A stretch of DNA of 22,210 nt from an uncultured bacterium. Its GTDB lineage: Bacteria > Hydrothermota > UBA3073 > NMUJ01. Below are positions 17,324 through 22,210 of the stretch, piece after piece. The notes below the pieces were generated by a model. That model was not told the DNA's origin, did no database searches, and worked only from the letters and a program-made list of their open reading frames with translations. Location of the stretch: the NCBI GenBank assembly GCA_965612795.1, contig CBFDTI010000015.1:1-22210 (forward strand), written 5' to 3'. The position numbers and the translations under genes were made by a program. Position 1 is the stretch's first letter; each line of letters starts with the position of its first letter.

Positions 17324-17809
17324 ATGTGGGATTGTCTAGTCTACTGTATGATAGCTCTTTGTAGTGCGGGATGTAAGAATAGAAAATGTGAAATACGTGA
17401 AGGTGTATGGGTATGCTATCGCATCGGCGAGAAAGAGATGGAATGGCAAGTACTGAATGTAACGGAGGATTCGCTTCATATGCATGGTGTTTTAAATGAT
17501 GAACTGGAACTGAATGTGCTGTACATACGAGATACGGTTGGCCACTGGGTGCTTACCGAGTTGTGGCTTATGGAGGAGAGTGACAGTATAGCGATGAAAG
17601 CGAGTGGCTGGCTGGATATGTTCGATTTCGACTCAAATCGTGACACTAATACATTGATACGCAAAGAAGTCGTACGAGTGGGCGGGAAGAAACTGCGATT
17701 ACTGGTGTACCCTGATGTGATAAAATCGCCTGACGTACCTATTTTCGGTATATATTGGGCAAGGATAGGAGGTGATACATTAAAATTATTAGACTTTGGT
17801 TATAAATAA
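17324..17809 (+). CDS. Hypothetical exported protein, possible lipoprotein
   Basis: Open frame filling the gap between ppdK and zapA; hydrophobic N-terminus ending SAGC; start uncertain (17297 GTG, 17324 or 17348 ATG). Confidence 0.6.
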   Translation: MWDCLVYCMIALCSAGCKNRKCEIREGVWVCYRIGEKEMEWQVLNVTEDSLHMHGVLNDELELNVLYIRDTVGHWVLTELWLMEESDSIAMKASGWLDMFDFDSNRDTNTLIRKEVVRVGGKKLRLLVYPDVIKSPDVPIFGIYWARIGGDTLKLLDFGYK

Positions 17810-17811
17810 AA

Positions 17812-18095
17812 GGGCTTATATATGGCTGAAATCCAGATTTTAGAAAAAAGTTATCCGGTGGATTTACCGGATAAGGTAGCAAGAAAAATCGAGTCCACCA
17901 TTAACGATATGTTGAAGAAGATCAAAGAGGAGCTCGACACCTCTATCGTGTCCGATATTTTGTGTTATGGGCTTATAAATTTTGTGTATCTGTTGATACA
18001 GGAGGAACAACGTAGGGCGAAAGCTGTGAAGCGACTCGATTCGATGATCGCGAAGCTCGAATCCACCCTTTAAGGATTTCAGCCTATATAAGCCC
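17812..18095. repeat. 22-bp inverted repeat flanking zapA (arms 17812-17834 and 18074-18095)
   Basis: GGGCTTATATA(T)GGCTGAAATCC versus GGATTTCAGCCTATATAAGCCC: 11+11 perfect pairs with one bulged T. Confidence 0.9.
17822..18073 (+). CDS. zapA: Cell division protein ZapA-like
   Basis: 83 aa; IQILEKSYPV N-terminal strands, helical core, C-terminal coiled coil; sits directly upstream of rny as zapA commonly does; divergent sequence. Confidence 0.65.
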   Translation: MAEIQILEKSYPVDLPDKVARKIESTINDMLKKIKEELDTSIVSDILCYGLINFVYLLIQEEQRRAKAVKRLDSMIAKLESTL

Positions 18096-18114
18096 GTTGT
18101 AAAAGGAGGTAGAT

Positions 18115-19686
18115 ATGGGTGCTGTAAGCTCGCTAATCGGTATGATCGGCGGACTAACAATAGGTTTACTAATTTCGTATGGGATATGGGGACGTAAATA
18201 TAGGTTAAGTTTGAAGAAAGCCGAAGAGAAGGCTAAGTCAATAATAGAAGCTGCACAAAAGGAGGCACATGACATCAGGATATCAGCACAAAGCGAGCTC
18301 AAACGCAAACTACAGGAACAGAGGCGCGAACTCGAAAAGTCGCTCGCTAACCGCAAGAGGGAAGTTGAGGAGCGCGAACGCCGCTTATCGATACGTGAGC
18401 GTGAACTTGACCGTAAGCTTGAGTTACTCGAGCGTCGCGAGAAGCTATTAGCTAAAAAGGAAACTGATATCAACTACAGCCATAAGCGGGTGGCTGAAAA
18501 ACTGAAGGAGCTGGATAACCTCATCCAACAGGAAAATGTAATATTGGAAAAAATAGCTGGGTTGTCGCGTGAGGAGGCAAAGCAGAAACTGTTAAACAAC
18601 ATGCGAGAAGAAGCTGAACTCGAAGCTAAACAGTTTCTGCTGGAACTGAAGGAAAAAGTCGAACGTAACGCCAAAGCAGAAGTCTTCCAGATACTAACCA
18701 CCGTGATGAACCGCTACATACCCGAAATTGTAGCAGATCAAACTACAAGCGTTGTGCATCTGCCATCAGACGACCTCAAGGGTAAACTCATAGGACGTGA
18801 GGGCCGTAACATAAGAGCGTTCGAACAAGCAACTGGAGTCGATCTTATTATCGATGATACACCGTTAGTGGTAAGCGTATCATCATTTAATCCCGTACGA
18901 CGTGAGATTGCACGTCGGGCACTCGAAAAACTTGTAGCTGATGGAAGGATACACCCGGGAAGGATCGAGGAAGTGGTAAAGGAAGTGCGTGAGGAGGTGG
19001 AACGCTTTATTGTTGAGAAAGGTGAAGAAACCATAACTGAACTGGGAATATCGGGGTTACATCCAGAGCTTATAAAGTTGTTGGGTGAACTACATTTCCG
19101 TACAAGTTATGGACAGAACGTGCTACAACATTCGAAAGAGGTCGCCCATATCGCAACACTATTAGGAGCTGAGTTAGGGCTTGACGATGATAAGATTGAG
19201 GAAGCCAAGCGTGCTGGCTTATTGCACGATATCGGTAAAGCTATAAGCCAGGAGGAGAAAGGATCACACCAACAGATAGGTGCTGAAATAGCGCGTAAGT
19301 ATGGTGAATCTGAAATCATCGTCAACGCCATAGCGGCACATCACCGCGATGTTGAACCACTTTCTGAAGTGGCAGTAGTGGTAGAGCTTGCCGATGCAAT
19401 AAGTAGTGCAAGACCGGGGGCAAGACGCGAGACCCTCGACGCATATATACAGAGGGTGGGGCAACTTGAAGAGATTGCGCAGTCATTTGATGGCGTGATG
19501 CGTGCATTCGCTATACAAGCAGGTAGGGAAGTACGCGTGATCGTACACCCTGATAAGGTGAAGGACGACGACCTCGTATTGCTTGCAGATAGGATTGCAA
19601 AGAAAATAGAGCGCGAAATGAAGTATCCCGGTGAAATAAAGGTTACCGTGCTGCGTGAGGTACAAGCTGTACAATATGCCAAATGA
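18115..19686 (+). CDS. rny: Ribonuclease Y
   Basis: N-terminal TM, long coiled coil, KH domain (KGKLIGREGRNIRAFE), HD domain (RTSYGQNVLQHS, GLLHDIGK), QAGREVRV, YPGEIKVTV; SD AAGGAGGT. Confidence 0.97.
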   Translation: MGAVSSLIGMIGGLTIGLLISYGIWGRKYRLSLKKAEEKAKSIIEAAQKEAHDIRISAQSELKRKLQEQRRELEKSLANRKREVEERERRLSIRERELDRKLELLERREKLLAKKETDINYSHKRVAEKLKELDNLIQQENVILEKIAGLSREEAKQKLLNNMREEAELEAKQFLLELKEKVERNAKAEVFQILTTVMNRYIPEIVADQTTSVVHLPSDDLKGKLIGREGRNIRAFEQATGVDLIIDDTPLVVSVSSFNPVRREIARRALEKLVADGRIHPGRIEEVVKEVREEVERFIVEKGEETITELGISGLHPELIKLLGELHFRTSYGQNVLQHSKEVAHIATLLGAELGLDDDKIEEAKRAGLLHDIGKAISQEEKGSHQQIGAEIARKYGESEIIVNAIAAHHRDVEPLSEVAVVVELADAISSARPGARRETLDAYIQRVGQLEEIAQSFDGVMRAFAIQAGREVRVIVHPDKVKDDDLVLLADRIAKKIEREMKYPGEIKVTVLREVQAVQYAK

Positions 19687-20450
19687 GGATTGCCTTTCTA
19701 GGCGATATAGTGGGGAAAAGTGGCAGAAGGTTACTGGCTAACAAATGGAGAACGTGGAAGCTCGATCATCACGTAGATTTCACAATAGCGAATGGTGAGA
19801 ACCTTGCTGGTACGGGGATAACGCCCAACCTTGCACGTAAAGTACGCACGTATGGGATAGACGTTATAACATCAGGTAACCACATATGGAGGTTTGATCA
19901 GATTATACCGCTGTTGGAAGATGAACAATTCCCACTGATTAGGCCACTTAACTACAATGGCGTACCAGGCAAGGGTAGCGGTATATTCAACGGTGTAGCC
20001 GTTATCAACCTCCTATCACCGATTGGTATGACACCACACTTGGTTGAACCCATGTTTAAGACAGTAGAACGTGAAGTGATGCGCTTACGTGAGATCACAC
20101 CCATTATAATAGTGGATGTACACGGTGAGATAGCAGCTGATAAGATAGCACTTGCATATTACCTGGACGGTAAGGTAAGTGCAGTGATTGGCACCCACAC
20201 GCACGTACCGACAAACGATGCAAAGATACTGGAACACGGTACCGCATACATTACGGATGTGGGTATGGTAGGTGCAACCCATTCCGTTATCGGGGTGAAA
20301 AAAGAGATCGTCATAGAGCACCTAATTACAGGGCTACCGAAAAGGTTTGACAATGCACGCGAAGAAGTAAAAGGTTATGGTGTACTTATAGATATCGACG
20401 ACCGTACGGGTAAAAGTTACGCTATTGAACCGTTTGTGATAGAGGGGTAA
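19683..20450 (+). CDS. ymdB: YmdB/TIGR00282 family metallophosphoesterase (copy A)
   Basis: FLGDIVG, NGEN, TSGNHIW, RPLNY, GTHTHV, YITDVGMVG, SVIG; overlaps the rny stop (ATGA). Confidence 0.92.
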   Translation: MRIAFLGDIVGKSGRRLLANKWRTWKLDHHVDFTIANGENLAGTGITPNLARKVRTYGIDVITSGNHIWRFDQIIPLLEDEQFPLIRPLNYNGVPGKGSGIFNGVAVINLLSPIGMTPHLVEPMFKTVEREVMRLREITPIIIVDVHGEIAADKIALAYYLDGKVSAVIGTHTHVPTNDAKILEHGTAYITDVGMVGATHSVIGVKKEIVIEHLITGLPKRFDNAREEVKGYGVLIDIDDRTGKSYAIEPFVIEG

Positions 20451-21186
20451 TAGAAACTGTTTTACCAGTATGGTCGTCTATATCAAGTAGCACACCTTGG
20501 ATGATAGCTGTACCGGTGGCAGGTTTTATCTTCTGTGGTATACCGGTAAGGAAGTACTTTATGTAGAGCTGTTTATCGAACCCAATAACTGAATCGACTG
20601 CACCTACCATACCTGCGTCCGTGATATAGCCAGTACCCTCGGAGAGTATCTCCGCATCACGTGTCTGTACATGGGTATGTGTACCTATGACCGCAGAAAC
20701 CTTACCGTTGAGGTACCAACCCATAGCACGCTTTTCGGAGGTGGTCTCTGCATGAAAGTCAACAATTACAATTTTAGCACGTAATTTGGGTAACAATTCA
20801 CTTACCACCCTAAAGGGGCAATCAACTGTCACGAGGAAAACCCTGCCCACGAGGTTAATAACGGCGAGCTTACCATCGTCAAAAACCCCATATCCGGGTG
20901 CACCTGGTGGATAATTTAATGGCCTCAACAGATTGGGTAGAGTAGATAAACTAGATACAAGAGACGCATCTTGCCATATATGAGGCCCAGACGTAAATAT
21001 GTTGATACCTGCAGCCTCCAGCTCACGTAACTCCCTTAAAGTGATACCAAACCCTGTATCGTTGGCATTCTCAACGTTCGCTATCACATATTGGAGGTTG
21101 TGACGTGAGATAAGTTCAGGTAAAATTTTAGCTACAGCGGTACGACCACACTTACCGACAACATCGCCTAAGAAAAGTATACGCAT
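20422..21186 (-). CDS. ymdB: YmdB/TIGR00282 family metallophosphoesterase (copy B)
   Basis: FLGDVVG, NVEN, TSGPHIW, GRVF, DFHAETTSEK, GTHTHV, YITDAGMVG. Confidence 0.92.
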   Translation of the reverse strand: MRILFLGDVVGKCGRTAVAKILPELISRHNLQYVIANVENANDTGFGITLRELRELEAAGINIFTSGPHIWQDASLVSSLSTLPNLLRPLNYPPGAPGYGVFDDGKLAVINLVGRVFLVTVDCPFRVVSELLPKLRAKIVIVDFHAETTSEKRAMGWYLNGKVSAVIGTHTHVQTRDAEILSEGTGYITDAGMVGAVDSVIGFDKQLYIKYFLTGIPQKIKPATGTAIIQGVLLDIDDHTGKTVSITPLSQTVQ

Positions 21187-21189
21187 TCA

Positions 21190-21564
21190 CTATGATTTTT
21201 GGGGTAGCTTCTCGACAGGCTTCGCACTGGGTTCGCCGCCCATCTTACAATTGCCATTAAAGGTAGCACCTTCCTCAACCACTAGAACCGCACATGTTAT
21301 GTCACCTTTGATGTTGGCACCCGCCTGTAGTTCAACCTTTTTTGCTACATAAAGGTTACCATCTACTTTGCCACGAATTATGGCATTGGATGCATTTACG
21401 GTACCCTTTATGTAACCTTCCTTGCCAAGCAGTAAGGTACCTTTCACCTTGATCTCACCCTCTACGGTGCCATCTATTCGGATGCTACCTTCTGCCATTA
21501 ACGTACCTTTAACACAGCTACGACGGCCAATAAATTCGGTAATCTCAATGCCTTTCTCTTTCAT
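21190..21564 (-). CDS. Bactofilin (polymer-forming cytoskeletal protein, CcmA family)
   Basis: IRIDGTVEGEI, IIRGKVDGNL, GDI..LVVEEGATFNGNCKM beta-helix repeats; SD GGAGG. Confidence 0.93.
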   Translation of the reverse strand: MKEKGIEITEFIGRRSCVKGTLMAEGSIRIDGTVEGEIKVKGTLLLGKEGYIKGTVNASNAIIRGKVDGNLYVAKKVELQAGANIKGDITCAVLVVEEGATFNGNCKMGGEPSAKPVEKLPQKS

Positions 21565-21578
21565 TATTACCTCCCATG

Positions 21579-22210
21579 TTAGAAGGCTCTACCTAAAAAG
21601 TAGATAAGTGGGTCAAGCGGTTCACCTTTATAGAAAAGCATAATATCTACAGGTGAATCCTCCTTCACGAACCCCAGTAGCTGCCCCTGATACACACGAC
21701 GTCCATCCTGTATTAATAACCTGAATTTGCCTTGATAGATGGCTTTGAACCCTTTCTCGTTGGTGATTTCGATTTTGTTAAGCTCATGCTCGAGTACACC
21801 GTCCATAATCGCAAAGAGTGGCTCACCTGCACGTGTTATTATCTCCACCCCCATGTTACCAGGTACAAGCGATACTTTACCCCTACATGGTACCACACGT
21901 GGTATGTTGCCGATGATGGCCTCACCACCTCCCATTGCGTTGGTGAGAGGTTGTGTTTTTTCTTTGGTAGAATTTACGTCAGTGGCTACGAATGCATCCG
22001 TACCCACACCCATAAGCTGAGCAAACTGTTGAACCTTACGATTCTGTTGTTCAAGTAAGGTGATAAGTTGCTCATAATCGTTGAGCTTCTGGCGTAGTTC
22101 AGCATTCTTACGCTTAAGCTCCGTATACCCATGTAAGTAGCTCATACCCGTACGTAAGCGTGCAAGTATAAAACCCTGTAGAAAGATCACAATAACGAAG
22201 ATTATGGGTA
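21579..22210 (-). CDS. Degenerate M23/LytM-like membrane protein, 5' end outside the window
   Basis: Frame stays open to the window edge (PIIFVIVIFLQ TM-like); coiled coil; IPRVVPCRGKVS, GEPLFAIMDG, VYQGQLLG, GEPLDP; upstream of bactofilin. Confidence 0.7.
   Translation of the reverse strand, partial: PIIFVIVIFLQGFILARLRTGMSYLHGYTELKRKNAELRQKLNDYEQLITLLEQQNRKVQQFAQLMGVGTDAFVATDVNSTKEKTQPLTNAMGGGEAIIGNIPRVVPCRGKVSLVPGNMGVEIITRAGEPLFAIMDGVLEHELNKIEITNEKGFKAIYQGKFRLLIQDGRRVYQGQLLGFVKEDSPVDIMLFYKGEPLDPLIYFLGRAF

Noticed and set aside
18074..18114. 6S RNA (ssrS), often found downstream of zapA
   Set aside because: Only 41 nt lie between zapA and rny, far too short; the space is taken by the inverted-repeat arm and the rny SD.
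1..22210. Visually frequent ACGT/GTAC tetramers
   Set aside because: Explained by preference for CGT Arg codons and A-ending codons; enrichment not computed.

Overview
Gene-dense bacterial chromosomal segment, mostly housekeeping, from a diderm (it encodes an LptE-like lipoprotein). The short Bacteroidota-style sigma70 hints at an FCB-adjacent lineage such as WOR-3, but this is inference only. The + strand carries radical SAM/SPASM, a lipoprotein, degP, sigma70, a degenerate M23, ndk, pyrF, pyrE, thyX, yceD, lptE, xerD, rsmD, a PolB-like exonuclease, a secreted metallophosphoesterase/CBM9 protein, an orphan leuD-like subunit, ppdK, a hypothetical gene, zapA, rny and ymdB. The - strand carries DUF885, a second ymdB, bactofilin and a degenerate M23 cut by the window edge. 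I saw no tRNA, rRNA, CRISPR or IS element. Four signals stand out. (1) A 22-bp inverted repeat brackets zapA exactly, covering its SD and start codon, just upstream of rny. (2) Four intergenic promoter candidates share an unusual TTGAnn-N15-TAnnnT geometry, and two sites match the Bacteroidota TAnnTTTG element. (3) Two tail-to-tail ymdB paralogs show reciprocal motif degeneration. (4) Both M23 proteins lack canonical zinc-site residues.
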